A stretch of 64,000 bases of DNA, taken from the IMG/VR virus record IMGVR_UViG_3300036979_001044, positions 1 through 64,000 of that record; one strand, given 5' to 3'. This document shows positions 26,962-37,640 of the stretch, piece after piece. Both the position numbers and the translations under genes were made by a program. The stretch comes from a virus. Below the pieces are notes generated by a model. It saw only the letters and a program-made list of their open reading frames with translations, did no database searches and was not told the origin of the DNA. Positions within the stretch are counted from its first letter, which is position 1, and every line of letters begins with the position of its first letter.

Positions 26962-27354
26962 TCAGGGGGTAGGAAATATTAGCTTGGGATCGCTCAGCGT
27001 AATAATGTTGTTGTCTTCCGGAACCTCTTTGGTGTCCTTGTCCCAGTACTGCAAATCGGCTACGTGGCCGTTGTGATCCCCCTCCAGATTGGCTTGCCTC
27101 TGCCGTAGGGAATGGAGTTGGGTCTCTAGCTGCTGGATCTGCTGAGTGGTTTGCTCATAGTCCTTTCTGGTAGCACGAATCCGTTGCACTAGGTACTCCA
27201 CTATTTCATTGGGCGGGGCGATCTCTCCAGTAACCAGCGAGGCGGCCCGAGAGTTTTTCTCCTTCAACCTTTTTTGCCGAAACTCTTCCGCTCGGCGCAA
27301 CATCATTGCTTCATTGTTGTCGGATGCTACTATTTTACTTGGTTCTAGGTTCAT
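26962..27354 (-). CDS. coiled-coil hypothetical protein
   Basis: Strong SD and conserved leader. Confidence 0.7.
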   Translation of the reverse strand: MNLEPSKIVASDNNEAMMLRRAEEFRQKRLKEKNSRAASLVTGEIAPPNEIVEYLVQRIRATRKDYEQTTQQIQQLETQLHSLRQRQANLEGDHNGHVADLQYWDKDTKEVPEDNNIITLSDPKLIFPTP

Positions 27355-27387
27355 GCTCGCTCTCCTTTTCTCGGTTACAGTTCTCGG

Positions 27388-27654
27388 TTACAGCATGTTG
27401 TACTCTGGGTAGTCCAAATGCTTCCCGCACATTCCGATATGCCAATCGCGAGAGAGATACCCGATCTTTACCGCGTCGGGTTTACCAATACTGAAGGTGC
27501 TCATAATGTTCTCTAGTTCTGGGATCTCATGCGCCTTAATGTAGCTGAACACAGTGGCCGCATCCAGAATCACTGAAATCAAGCGATCTAGTTTAGCTTG
27601 GTACTTAGGAACATTGATCTGAAAATTTTCTGGAATAGCGATAGGCATGGGCAT
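27388..27654 (-). CDS. hypothetical protein (possible fibre chaperone)
   Basis: SD AAGGAG before ATG at 27654; directly downstream of the tail fibre. Confidence 0.55.
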   Translation of the reverse strand: MPMPIAIPENFQINVPKYQAKLDRLISVILDAATVFSYIKAHEIPELENIMSTFSIGKPDAVKIGYLSRDWHIGMCGKHLDYPEYNML

Positions 27655-27676
27655 GGGCTCCTTGCTCGTAGACGAC

Positions 27677-30157
27677 TTAGGTTTCCAGATCAGAGCTATA
27701 CCAGACAGGTATAACATATTCCACATCAGTAAAACGTAAAGTAATAAATCCTCGATTGACGACACTGCCAAGCCCATGGATAGCGCTAACATTGTTACCT
27801 ACATGCGCGGTATATGCTTCGCCGATAAGGACCTGACCATTGACAATAATGGGAATGAGTCCTCCGAATTTAGTCCAGTACTGAGTGTATAGCCCAACAG
27901 CATAGGATGATTCACAATCCGAGTACAACACGATCCAGGGAGACCAGGTTCCACCCTCTGCCCATTCCCATTGCAACTCCCGGCCATGAGCACCAGAAAA
28001 CCCTGGAAGCAGCAAAGTACCAGCGAACGTGCCGGTGGTGCCGCTCACCGCCCCTTCCGCATCCACAGCCCCACTAGCGTAAACAGTCGTTGCGTGCAGC
28101 GTATTGATATACCCATCAGCAAATCGAGCGCCAGTCACCCCTACGCTGCCACCACCATCCGATAACGGTTGAAGGAAAGCAGTTATTAATCCCATTCCAG
28201 CCGAAAACGTCATGTAAGTGGGAGAAGTTCCTGATCTCGAAATGGTAAACACGTCTATGGCGTTGGCCCAAGATCCATCATAAGTTCTCAACCGCAACAC
28301 TGTATCCGCAGTGAACCCCCAATTACGATCCGCCGCAGTTCCAGAACCCATTAGCAAATTCACTGTTGCAGCAGTCGGAGCATCAATAGAAATCTGGGTG
28401 CCAAAACATCCGTAAGCCCACCGATAATTAGTACCCCCCAAACTTAGAGTATTATCTTCGGTGGGCATGGCGCTAGTCGCAACCCCATGTCCGGCGGCAA
28501 CTGCTAAATATATTGTATCCGCAGTCAGGTTCCCAAAGAACCCTTCCCACCTCCTACCAGTGCGCCCAATAGTCCGTGCGGCTGAATCAGGAATGAGGTT
28601 GCTGGCAACCTTGTCATCCACCACGCTCAAGCCTAGGTAGACGTTGAGATAGTCGAAGTACCCATTATTGATTCGTTCATCCACCGTCGCAGATCCGATA
28701 ACCAAACTTTGGCCAGAAATAGGTAAGATTGCGCCACGGATGAGTACGTTCACATCTACTTCTGTTTCGCCTTTGATAGTGAGAGAGGTACTTCTGATCG
28801 TACTCGCGTACAGCGTAGTAAAGAACCCATTCACCCAACGTTCAGCAGTCTTGCCTAGACTTCCACTGGTGCCGTCGCCGCAGAGTGAGTAATTTGCCAC
28901 GTCATAGTAGAATCCGTTGGGCAAGGTGAACTTGGTGATGGTTCCGGCATCGACCGCCCTGGTGATGGAAAGCGCAGCAGCGAAGCTACTCCAGGCATCG
29001 TTCTGTGAACCAATCTGGAAAGTCTCAAAGCCGCCCACGTCCGCGATGGAGAGTTGCCAGTTGCGCTCTCCAGCTCCAGCCGCCGCACGACTCATTCGGA
29101 GGGAATCGGACAAAGTAAGGGAGCTGCCTTTGATAGATCCTGTCGAATCAAGAGAACCGGAAAGATAAAGATTAGCATAACGCTTGTCGGTCTTGCCTAA
29201 ATCGACCGTGTTGGTGGTCTCTGGAGACTGAGAGACCGCATCCCAGTTGTGAATCGCCGCGCCAATGGACATGGTAAACACGTTAGACGTGCTGTTGAAA
29301 GATAGGCTGTCATTGACATCGAACTGCCAGCGTTTGTTGGAACCTCCTTCAAAATAGTAGTTGGCATCCCCGAGTGCCAGTCGGCCCTCTACCGGGTTAC
29401 CGTCAAACCCCAGGTTAAGCCCACCAATGCTTCGATCCCACCAGCGCCGGAGCCCGCGGCCCTTGATGTCCTCCAGGCACTGGCGGGTAGCAGCCACAAA
29501 TTGATGAAAATCAGTTACCCCGTAGGTCTTGCGATCGGCGCTGCGATCATTGGCCCCTCCGCCTCCGTCGGTCGACCAGCCGCTCTTGTAGCTGTCGTCG
29601 ACCGGGCCTTCGAAGTAGAAGTCGCGCATGTCGACCAGGGCCATGTCCGCTCGATTAACCGTGCCGATCTGGAGCCATTCATCTCCGGGACTCGTCGCCT
29701 CGATTCGTACTGACCAGCTGGCCAGGTAGCGGGTGGCGATGGTCTCGGTGTACTCCGATCCCAGCCCGGAGGCATTCCAGAAAATGCGCGGCTGGAAATT
29801 CCCCTCCACCTCATCGAAGCGAACGTAAACACCGTAGAGCCCAGTCGGATAGGTGTTGATGTCGACGATTTTGGTGGCATCGCCCTCAGTGGTGAGAATG
29901 CCGTAGTTGACTTCACCTGAACGGGTTTCAGCGAAGAGCCCGCGGCCCTTGGTCACCTGCACCTGGGTGCCAGTCGGGCTGGTGATGGCGAACCCGGATA
30001 GCACCCACTTGCGTTCCCGATCTGGCGAGCAGATGAGCTGGGAGAGCAGCTGGCGGTGGACGGCAAGCGTTTGGTCCCCGAGCGAGAACTGAAAATCAGC
30101 CAGATCCATCCGCTCGTTTCCTTCAACTCGTAGCCTGTCAGTAGCCATATAGCTCAT
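27677..30157 (-). CDS. tail fibre / receptor-binding protein
   Basis: Repeated P..D....LG....RW...Y fibre motifs; Gly/Ser/Thr-rich; end of baseplate cluster. Confidence 0.75.
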   Translation of the reverse strand: MSYMATDRLRVEGNERMDLADFQFSLGDQTLAVHRQLLSQLICSPDRERKWVLSGFAITSPTGTQVQVTKGRGLFAETRSGEVNYGILTTEGDATKIVDINTYPTGLYGVYVRFDEVEGNFQPRIFWNASGLGSEYTETIATRYLASWSVRIEATSPGDEWLQIGTVNRADMALVDMRDFYFEGPVDDSYKSGWSTDGGGGANDRSADRKTYGVTDFHQFVAATRQCLEDIKGRGLRRWWDRSIGGLNLGFDGNPVEGRLALGDANYYFEGGSNKRWQFDVNDSLSFNSTSNVFTMSIGAAIHNWDAVSQSPETTNTVDLGKTDKRYANLYLSGSLDSTGSIKGSSLTLSDSLRMSRAAAGAGERNWQLSIADVGGFETFQIGSQNDAWSSFAAALSITRAVDAGTITKFTLPNGFYYDVANYSLCGDGTSGSLGKTAERWVNGFFTTLYASTIRSTSLTIKGETEVDVNVLIRGAILPISGQSLVIGSATVDERINNGYFDYLNVYLGLSVVDDKVASNLIPDSAARTIGRTGRRWEGFFGNLTADTIYLAVAAGHGVATSAMPTEDNTLSLGGTNYRWAYGCFGTQISIDAPTAATVNLLMGSGTAADRNWGFTADTVLRLRTYDGSWANAIDVFTISRSGTSPTYMTFSAGMGLITAFLQPLSDGGGSVGVTGARFADGYINTLHATTVYASGAVDAEGAVSGTTGTFAGTLLLPGFSGAHGRELQWEWAEGGTWSPWIVLYSDCESSYAVGLYTQYWTKFGGLIPIIVNGQVLIGEAYTAHVGNNVSAIHGLGSVVNRGFITLRFTDVEYVIPVWYSSDLET

Positions 30158-33100
30158 CTCCTATGAAGTATTCGGGCACCACGCCGGCTGCCGTGAGTTG
30201 ATCCACGAACCGTCTCAACATACCCAAAGGATCGACCACATACCAAGGATAATAGGTGTAGGTCGGCGGAGGCCCTTCAGAATTGGCCAAGGTTATGCAG
30301 TTCTGGTTGAGCAACATCTGCGAGGCGTGCTCATCGATCGCCAGTATTTCCATGATCAGATCGTTCTTCCAAAGTGGCTCGCGCAAAGTCAAAACCGTTC
30401 CAGAAAAGCTCCCGGTCCCGCTTTGTCCAAAATCAAGTCCGGACTCGGTCACAAAATTCGGGCGCAACTCCCAGGTCAGCCCGATCTCGGTTACGAAAGT
30501 GGCCGCGGCCACCTGGCAGGTGCGGGCGAGCGCCGTTCCAGAAATATGCTCGGTGGCGTAGTCGGCGTCGGTGTCCGGATCGAAGAGTTTGGTGATCAGG
30601 TAGGTGCCGTCTTTACCGTGGTCAGACCCTGAAATCACGATACTTTTGCCCAGGTCGTCGGGGTAGACAAAAGGCCCCCGGCCGTCGACCAGGGGAACGG
30701 TGATCTTGGTCGGGGTTCCAGAACTGGTCTGGGCGTCCGCGTTCTCAACCCCCCGCAAGGTCACCTCGGTTGCACTCACGTAGGTCGCCACCCGCCAGCG
30801 GCCGTTGTTGTTCCCGCCCTGAGCGTTGGCCGCGGCCGACCCGTAGGTGCGCAGCGGCTTGCCCACGTCCCCGGCCAGGAAGGCGTGAGTCGCCCCGCCG
30901 ATGGTGAGCGTCGCCGGGCTCGCCGTGGCTACGCTACCATCTGCCCCCCGGCCGCTCCAGTAGTCGGTCATGGTCTGGATGGAAGCTCGCAGTTGCTTCA
31001 GCCAGAGGACCATTCCAGAATTCGGTACTCCGCGGATGCCCAGCTCGATCTGGTGGTCGGTGGTCGTGGCCCCAGCGAAGTCGGCGTAAGCCACCCGCGA
31101 GATGAGCTGGCCGTTGACGCTCAGCTCCACCCAGCTCCCGGCCTTCTTCAGCTCGACGGTGTAGTAGGTATCTCGGGCTAGAGTCACGGTCGTTCCCAGG
31201 AACCCACCGCCCGAGGTAGCGAATAATCCGAACCCAAGGGTGCTGGAAAGTCCCGCGCTCATCCGGCAGGCGCCGTCGAATACCGCAAGCGAGGCCTGTT
31301 CCAGCTCCCCGACCTTCAGGCTGGCCGCCGTAGGAATGGCCAGGAGCGCAGCCACCACCCAGTCCGACTCCGCGGTGGCGCGGGCCCCTTGGGTGTCAAG
31401 CATGCGGTAGAAGACCGTCCCGGCGCTCCCGGCGCTGAGCTTGGTTTGCCCACCCTCCACGGTGACCGATGCGCCCTCGCTGAGCGCGCCGGCGTAGGTG
31501 AAGGCCGCTGCTGGGGTGACACCCGGGTAGTAGGGGTAGACCACGTCGCTCGGCTTCTCTTCTCGAAAGTCGAAGACCTCCTGGAGGGCTTTGAGCTGCA
31601 CTCCATAAACAAAGAGTGGAGTCGCTGATAGGTCCAATGTCTCGGCCGTGCCCCGCAGCGCATCGTAGTACCGGTCGGTCATCCAGGCCTTTCCGGTGCC
31701 CTTCTGGGCGGAATGGATGATCGCTTCTCCAGTGAGCTTCACGAACACCTGGCAGGGGTAGCGGATGAGATCTTCGTAGATCTCGAAGTTGCCCGCTCCA
31801 GCCATTCCGGTCAGCGCCAGCTCCAACCCGAGCATCGATCCCTTGGGATTGTAGGCTATCCCCCGGATGACCTCGCGGTAGACAGCATCCTCAGTGAAGA
31901 CCGGGTGGCGAATGAGTCCGAAATTTCTCCCGATGACATTCAGGTCTTCCTCGGCGGCGTAATCGAGAAGTAGCGCCCGGCGAAGTTTGTCGAGGTAGCT
32001 TCTCTCGCGAGAGATGTCGGTCACGACCGATTCAATGTGGTGCAGTATTGCTGTCCCGACCTGCACCTCGCCACCGCGGATGAACTGGATACCAGTCAAG
32101 GTGGTGATGGTCTTTCCAGAATAGGTATAGGGCACACCCTCTACCGCGCATTTTCCAGAATTCGCCCAGCCTTCGGTGGTCTCGACCAGAAAGGTAGTCG
32201 CGCCAGCTGCTGCTACCGCAGTGAGCTTGGTGGAAATCAACCCGCCCATCTCGGTCGCCGCCTCGCCGATCGTTCCGGTGAGCGCCTCGATGAGCCCTTG
32301 GGATTGAGAGAGGGCAGCGTAGGAACCAGTAGGCATGTACCCGGTGAAGTCTAAACTATCGTGATCAGGATCGATCGGTCCGCCAACCAGGTCAGTGATC
32401 CCGCTGGCCACCACCGTATAATCAGCATCTGTGGTCTGCTGGTTGGTGTGCAGCACGTACTGGTGCAGCGTCTCGTTGTGCAGGTGCACCGAAGAGATCA
32501 CCAGCCCAACGATCTCGTAGTTGTCCGGATCGTCGGCGCCAAGCACCGGCTCGCTGAACTCAACCAACACCCGGAACAGACCGATAGCCACCGTAGCGGT
32601 GAGCTGAGGCATTTCGCCCAGTCCGATGAAGGTTTTCGCGCGGTTTACCGGATCAATGGTCCGCAGATCCTCGGCCTGTATCGTTGCAGCCGCGGTCGCA
32701 GTGTAACTCTCCCCGGCCGTTCCCTCTCCGTCTAGGGTGATGTCGATGATGGTCGGGGAAGTCTGGAAGAGCGCAATTGACTGCGCAACCACTGGGTGGG
32801 CCAAGGTGTCGAAGTCCCAGTTGGCCGGAACCAACACGTCGGTGCTGTCTCCCTCGCCCAGTCGAAGGGTTTGGTTGAAGGTGGCCCGCACCCTATCTTT
32901 GGCCGTGGCTACGCAGGCGGTGAGTTGTGCTCGATCCAACTCCTGGGTGATGGAGTTGGTCTGCACCGCAACTGAATAGGTATGGTATGTGTCGTAGGAA
33001 AATATCGAATAGTAGTACAGCTCGGCTGGATCGAGATCGCTATCGAGGAATCCTTCATCCGTTCCCTGATACGCCAGATCACCTGATCCTGGAGAACCCG

Positions 33101-34004
33101 GGTAACCAATTTTGGAACGACGAACGATGACACTCACGAATTCTGGATTGACCGGATTGTCCCAGGAAAGAGTGATCTGCTTCTGGGCTGGCCCGGGAAT
33201 CGCCACGAAATTGGTCACCGGCTCAAAGGTAGCGCTTAGCTCCATCTGCGCTAGGTTCTGGAAATCTTCTAACGCGCTCGCGCCGGTAAGCACAAGCGAC
33301 TCCGCAAGTACCTCTTCGTACCGTAACGGATAACCGGTGTGGTAGAGATCGAGAACTTCAGCTGGCGTCCAGGCACGAGCGGAAATAGCGACCTCGTCCT
33401 GCCGACCATTCAACTGATCTGCTCTACCAGTCCAAGGTGTAGCCCCGTCCGCCCTTGCTCCGATCACGCAAGGATAGGCCTTTGAGTGAATTGCCCCAGC
33501 ACCGGCCACTACCTTGTTCAAGTACCCATTGAGGTAGATCCTCGCGTCGATGCCATCGTAGACGCACGCGACATGGTACCAAGTAGAAACAGCTAGCACT
33601 GAAGCCGAGAGCAAAGTGACGCCAGTGCTGTCTGACAGTCCAACCTCAAACCGGATCTTCCGTGCGCTATCTATCGCCGCTGCCCACTGTAGATCTGCCC
33701 AGGTTGAGAACGCTGTTTGTTTGGTAATGATCGAGTACAGTCCAGAAGGGGTGCCTGCCAGGTACACCCAAGTCGAGATAGAAAGTACCGTTGGGTTGAA
33801 AAGCGCATCGGTTCCCAGGTTGATATACTGGGAAGACCCGTTGGTCTGAACTCCCTGTCTCAGTAGCGCCGTGGGCCAGGTGGGTGTTCCAATAGCGGTA
33901 CCATGTAAAAGATTGGTGTGCGCGTCGTTGGCGTTGCCGTCCAACTTGTAATAAGCAATCAATCCATCGAGCAAGGTCAGATGTGTTTTGATCGAATTGC
34001 CCAT
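30138..34004 (-). CDS. large baseplate/fibre protein with N-terminal LamG and FN3/Ig-like domains
   Basis: WYHVACVYDG...YLNG LamG motif; LSW.NP FN3-like; L..IG.NFG..R...D..YR wedge-like motif. Confidence 0.75.
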   Translation of the reverse strand: MGNSIKTHLTLLDGLIAYYKLDGNANDAHTNLLHGTAIGTPTWPTALLRQGVQTNGSSQYINLGTDALFNPTVLSISTWVYLAGTPSGLYSIITKQTAFSTWADLQWAAAIDSARKIRFEVGLSDSTGVTLLSASVLAVSTWYHVACVYDGIDARIYLNGYLNKVVAGAGAIHSKAYPCVIGARADGATPWTGRADQLNGRQDEVAISARAWTPAEVLDLYHTGYPLRYEEVLAESLVLTGASALEDFQNLAQMELSATFEPVTNFVAIPGPAQKQITLSWDNPVNPEFVSVIVRRSKIGYPGSPGSGDLAYQGTDEGFLDSDLDPAELYYYSIFSYDTYHTYSVAVQTNSITQELDRAQLTACVATAKDRVRATFNQTLRLGEGDSTDVLVPANWDFDTLAHPVVAQSIALFQTSPTIIDITLDGEGTAGESYTATAAATIQAEDLRTIDPVNRAKTFIGLGEMPQLTATVAIGLFRVLVEFSEPVLGADDPDNYEIVGLVISSVHLHNETLHQYVLHTNQQTTDADYTVVASGITDLVGGPIDPDHDSLDFTGYMPTGSYAALSQSQGLIEALTGTIGEAATEMGGLISTKLTAVAAAGATTFLVETTEGWANSGKCAVEGVPYTYSGKTITTLTGIQFIRGGEVQVGTAILHHIESVVTDISRERSYLDKLRRALLLDYAAEEDLNVIGRNFGLIRHPVFTEDAVYREVIRGIAYNPKGSMLGLELALTGMAGAGNFEIYEDLIRYPCQVFVKLTGEAIIHSAQKGTGKAWMTDRYYDALRGTAETLDLSATPLFVYGVQLKALQEVFDFREEKPSDVVYPYYPGVTPAAAFTYAGALSEGASVTVEGGQTKLSAGSAGTVFYRMLDTQGARATAESDWVVAALLAIPTAASLKVGELEQASLAVFDGACRMSAGLSSTLGFGLFATSGGGFLGTTVTLARDTYYTVELKKAGSWVELSVNGQLISRVAYADFAGATTTDHQIELGIRGVPNSGMVLWLKQLRASIQTMTDYWSGRGADGSVATASPATLTIGGATHAFLAGDVGKPLRTYGSAAANAQGGNNNGRWRVATYVSATEVTLRGVENADAQTSSGTPTKITVPLVDGRGPFVYPDDLGKSIVISGSDHGKDGTYLITKLFDPDTDADYATEHISGTALARTCQVAAATFVTEIGLTWELRPNFVTESGLDFGQSGTGSFSGTVLTLREPLWKNDLIMEILAIDEHASQMLLNQNCITLANSEGPPPTYTYYPWYVVDPLGMLRRFVDQLTAAGVVPEYFIGDELYGY

Positions 34005-34005
34005 A

Positions 34006-34992
34006 TCAACCTCTCTTGCCCTTACGATGGAATCCACTACCGACCCCTGCTTCGCGGGGCCAGATAGGGTGTGGTTGATGGGTCAGTTCATTAACATCGG
34101 GGTTGGTCCTAAGCAACGACGGGAACGCCAGCACTCCAGCAGTATCATCGAGCGTTCTTGCGAGGGCAAAGGACCAACTTGTTTTGTCAATTGCATATTG
34201 ACTTGGATGCGGATTGCGGATCAACGCCCGCACCTCTGAACTTGCTCCTTGAACGGGTTGAGGTAGGTTGATGATCGATGCGCCTTGCAGGGAGTCTACA
34301 TATTGCTCCTCATAGCGGAGCGGATATCCGGTGTGGAACAGGTCGATCACTTCGGCCACTGTCCAAGCACGACCTGCAATGGCAACCTCGTCCATCCTCC
34401 CATTCAGATAGCTTGCCCTGCCAGTCCAAGGGGTAGATCCATTTGCTCGCGCACCGATAACGCAGGGATAGGTCTTCGAGTGAATGGTGCCAGCACCGGT
34501 CGCAGTGTTATTCAAATAGCCGTTTAGATATACTCTCGCATCCGTGCCGTCGTAGACACACGCGACATGATACCAGGTAGAAAGAGTCAGCGCCGAAGCA
34601 GAAAGAACCGTTACACCCGTGCTGTCTGATAGCCCCACCTCGAACCGGATCTTCCGTGCGCTATCCACCTCAGCCGTCCACTGAAGGTCTGCCCAAGTGG
34701 AGAATGCCGTGCGCTTGGTCACAAGCGAAAAGACGCCACTAGGTGTTGCCGCCAGATATACCCAAGCCGAGATAGAAATCGCCGTTGGGCTGAAGAGAGC
34801 ATCAGTTCCCAGATCGATGTACTGGGAAGATCCGTTGGCCTGAAATCCCGTCTTGAGCATGGCCGTGGGCCAGGTCGGAGTGCCTATCGCTGTTCCATTG
34901 AGGACGTTGGTGTGCGAATCGTTCGCGTTCCCATCCAGCTTGTAGTAGGCCAGCAAACCACTCAGCAAGGTCGGGTGCGTTTTGATGTCCAT
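34006..34992 (-). CDS. LamG/concanavalin A-like domain virion protein
   Basis: L.AYYKLDGNAND...WYHVACVYDG; paralogue of the next gene's N-terminus. Confidence 0.8.
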   Translation of the reverse strand: MDIKTHPTLLSGLLAYYKLDGNANDSHTNVLNGTAIGTPTWPTAMLKTGFQANGSSQYIDLGTDALFSPTAISISAWVYLAATPSGVFSLVTKRTAFSTWADLQWTAEVDSARKIRFEVGLSDSTGVTVLSASALTLSTWYHVACVYDGTDARVYLNGYLNNTATGAGTIHSKTYPCVIGARANGSTPWTGRASYLNGRMDEVAIAGRAWTVAEVIDLFHTGYPLRYEEQYVDSLQGASIINLPQPVQGASSEVRALIRNPHPSQYAIDKTSWSFALARTLDDTAGVLAFPSLLRTNPDVNELTHQPHPIWPREAGVGSGFHRKGKRG

Positions 34993-35024
34993 TGTTTCAG
35001 CGCCTTTCTAGCAACCATCCAACG

Positions 35025-36908
35025 TCAATCGGTCTCAGGCCCCATCGCCACCCATTGTCCGCTGTCGGTGCAGTAGAACAGGCGGAAGGTTTGGTAGACT
35101 CCTTGAAAGCGGACCTTGATGGTATCCTCGTTGACTGCGTTCCAGACGTTGGAAACTGAGCGGACGTGCGGGATGTAGCCAGGTCGCTTTTGATGGTCCT
35201 GCCCCATGCCTCTGTAGTCTGAGTCGCTATAGGTCTTCATGCGCCATGGAACAAGGAACAGTGCGCCCGTGGCTGCTTCTGGATGCAGGTCAACGCAGTT
35301 GAGGAAGTCAGTTTGTTTGTCGGAGACAACCCACTGGGCGTATTGAAAGTCGGCTTGCCATGGTTTGACGGACCCAAGTGGCTGGAAGCTGCTTACACCT
35401 GCGGAGCAGCGCCACTTGATGCGGTGGACCGGCATGAAGGGGGAGATGAAGACTCTGTCGTTGCGGGCTGAGTGCCACACGGTGGCGTTTCCGTACCCTA
35501 CGCCCCCAAATTGAACCGACTCCTCTCCACCAGAGGCGCCCTGTTGCGGTCCGACGTGGCATCGGATGGCCTCTCCGATTAAGGCGCCGGCCATGTAAGA
35601 GTAAGCTGTGCCGAAGTGAAGAGTCAGGACGTTGGTGACTTCGTTGACGTCTGTCACTAGCACGGGCTCGAAGATCGCCTCATCTGCGTCCAGTTGAGGC
35701 CAGGAGTTGGACCCCCCTCCACCCGGGGCGCCCTGGTAGGTGTTGCTGACTTGGTTGCGGTTATTGTGCCAATCGGTACCCGGGTTGCAGGAGAGCAGCA
35801 TGTACCGCCCACCCTTGGTGAACAGGTTGGCGTCTGCTACTTTGATCTGTGTGGCTCCAGCGGCTATGTTGCCGTCTCCCGTTGAGGTGGCGGTAGTCAT
35901 GTCTGTGCTGCCGAAGGGGGTGTAAAGGCCGACGTAGTTGACTAGGTAGTTGTTGTTGCCCATCATGCAGATGATGGCTACACCGTCTTTGGAGCCATAG
36001 AACCAGCAGTCTCTTGGCGAGGAGATCAGGTTGTAGCGCAGGCCTGGACATCTGCGGTTGGATACCCCGGCAAGGGTCTGGTGTCTGCTGGCCTGCGGGT
36101 GCATGGCGGGGGAGAGGATTTGGATGTGCTGCGCTCCAGGTGAGGTGAAGAAGGGTGTGTAGGAGGTAAGGCGTAGTTTGCCGGTTGTCTCGACTGTTTG
36201 CCCGGTAATCCAGCGCATCTTGCCGTCTGCTGTCTTCAGCAGGGAGCAGTAGTTGAGTTTGTTGTCGTCGTAGGTGGTGTTGAGGTCGCTGGAGTCCATC
36301 ACGATGTCGTCGGTGCAGGCTGTGTCTCCAAGGGACCAGAGTACGGTGCCCGTGCTTGACATGAGCGGGTTGACCAGCTCTCTCAGGCCTGAGATGGTCG
36401 TTGTGGGGTAGCTGTTGGTGATGCGGACAGCTACGTCCTTTACGTCGTGTACGGCGGCGGTGGTGCCGTACATGCCTCTAACGCATGAGGTGAGCGTTGT
36501 GCCTATGACCCCTACCTGGATCAGCTCGTCGCCTATTTGGATGATTTCTCCGTTGGCCAGGTTGGGGATGGCGGCTTTGAGCGTGATTGAGGTGTCGGTT
36601 GCCAGGATGCCGGCGGCCAGGTAGGCAAGGTCTGGGCACCACCCTTGTGGTGACTGGATGCTCATGGTGCCAAGGTGGAGGGGGATGTTCTGGTTGCCGT
36701 CCTCCCCGTTGGACTTCAGGAACCAGCCCAGTATGTGGGCGTGTTTGTCGTCTTGGGCGATTCTGAGGGAGTCATCCCCACCGGGACCGTCGCGTGTCGG
36801 ACTTGCTGGATCGTGAATCCAGCCGCAGTCGGTGACGAGAAAATCTTTCAGCTTCTTTGCGAAATCAGCTGTCGAGTTGCACAGGACATGCTTGCCCTTG
36901 AAGGCCAT
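35025..36908 (-). CDS. putative tail fibre / virion protein
   Basis: Position after the baseplate; I.IGDELI...L....RG.YGT.A..H motif; beta-rich. Confidence 0.6.
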   Translation of the reverse strand: MAFKGKHVLCNSTADFAKKLKDFLVTDCGWIHDPASPTRDGPGGDDSLRIAQDDKHAHILGWFLKSNGEDGNQNIPLHLGTMSIQSPQGWCPDLAYLAAGILATDTSITLKAAIPNLANGEIIQIGDELIQVGVIGTTLTSCVRGMYGTTAAVHDVKDVAVRITNSYPTTTISGLRELVNPLMSSTGTVLWSLGDTACTDDIVMDSSDLNTTYDDNKLNYCSLLKTADGKMRWITGQTVETTGKLRLTSYTPFFTSPGAQHIQILSPAMHPQASRHQTLAGVSNRRCPGLRYNLISSPRDCWFYGSKDGVAIICMMGNNNYLVNYVGLYTPFGSTDMTTATSTGDGNIAAGATQIKVADANLFTKGGRYMLLSCNPGTDWHNNRNQVSNTYQGAPGGGGSNSWPQLDADEAIFEPVLVTDVNEVTNVLTLHFGTAYSYMAGALIGEAIRCHVGPQQGASGGEESVQFGGVGYGNATVWHSARNDRVFISPFMPVHRIKWRCSAGVSSFQPLGSVKPWQADFQYAQWVVSDKQTDFLNCVDLHPEAATGALFLVPWRMKTYSDSDYRGMGQDHQKRPGYIPHVRSVSNVWNAVNEDTIKVRFQGVYQTFRLFYCTDSGQWVAMGPETD

Positions 36909-36911
36909 GGC

Positions 36912-37148
36912 TCACTCCTCCACGGATGCAATATGGTCGTTGATTTGGGTAATGATGTCGAAGAGAAGTTCTCCATCGACGTTCTCGACTTGAAGTGGCT
37001 TGGCCAGCATCTCCGCCGTGAGCGGAATCGAAAAAACGGTAGTTCCCTTGGAAGTCTCCAAGCTCGCATTGACGTGCGAAAGTCGCTCGGGAGGCGCAGT
37101 CGTAATTCTGGGAAGATTGAGAGTGATGGAGTGAATTTGGATTGGCAT
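36912..37148 (-). CDS. hypothetical protein
   Basis: SD AAGGA; tightly coupled to the next gene. Confidence 0.6.
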   Translation of the reverse strand: MPIQIHSITLNLPRITTAPPERLSHVNASLETSKGTTVFSIPLTAEMLAKPLQVENVDGELLFDIITQINDHIASVEE

Positions 37149-37211
37149 GCCCTGGTCCTTTCAAAAAATTTACTTTACCCAATTCAATATGGCCGACACG
37201 AATTCCCTTTC

Positions 37212-37631
37212 TCAACCAACAGATTTTTCTAGATCAACATCTCGGGCTCCGGTCAGATAATGCAACGGCAAAACTTTGCGCATCAAATAGGTCGCATCGG
37301 CGTACAGTCGTGGCCAGACATTAATCGACTCCATTAGCAGTTCCTGCTCCAGCGTCTCCAGATCGCTCACCACCAAAGAATAGGGAGTCCCAGAACCAGC
37401 CGAAGGGCGCAGATAAGGTGAATATGCTCGAATGATGCCCGCAGTAAAAGGGTAAAGGATATTTGTGCTACCCGGAATCCCGCTGTAGAGGGCTGGATCA
37501 AATGGCATCATAGTATTCCCGATCCGAGCCCGGTAGCGGTGGTTGATCACAAACGTGCCGTAGACCTCCACCAGCACCCCTCCAGCTCCGGATAGGTTTG
37601 GATGAGAGAATCCAGTCAACGTAAGTGCCAT
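37212..37631 (-). CDS. hypothetical baseplate-region protein
   Basis: SD AGGAGA; directly after baseplate J. Confidence 0.65.
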   Translation of the reverse strand: MALTLTGFSHPNLSGAGGVLVEVYGTFVINHRYRARIGNTMMPFDPALYSGIPGSTNILYPFTAGIIRAYSPYLRPSAGSGTPYSLVVSDLETLEQELLMESINVWPRLYADATYLMRKVLPLHYLTGARDVDLEKSVG

Positions 37632-37640
37632 ATCCGTCTC

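Noticed and set aside
33290-34992. Diversity-generating retroelement TR/VR pair
   Set aside because: Differences are mostly synonymous and of all base types rather than adenine-specific; both copies are N-terminal coding; no reverse transcriptase in the window
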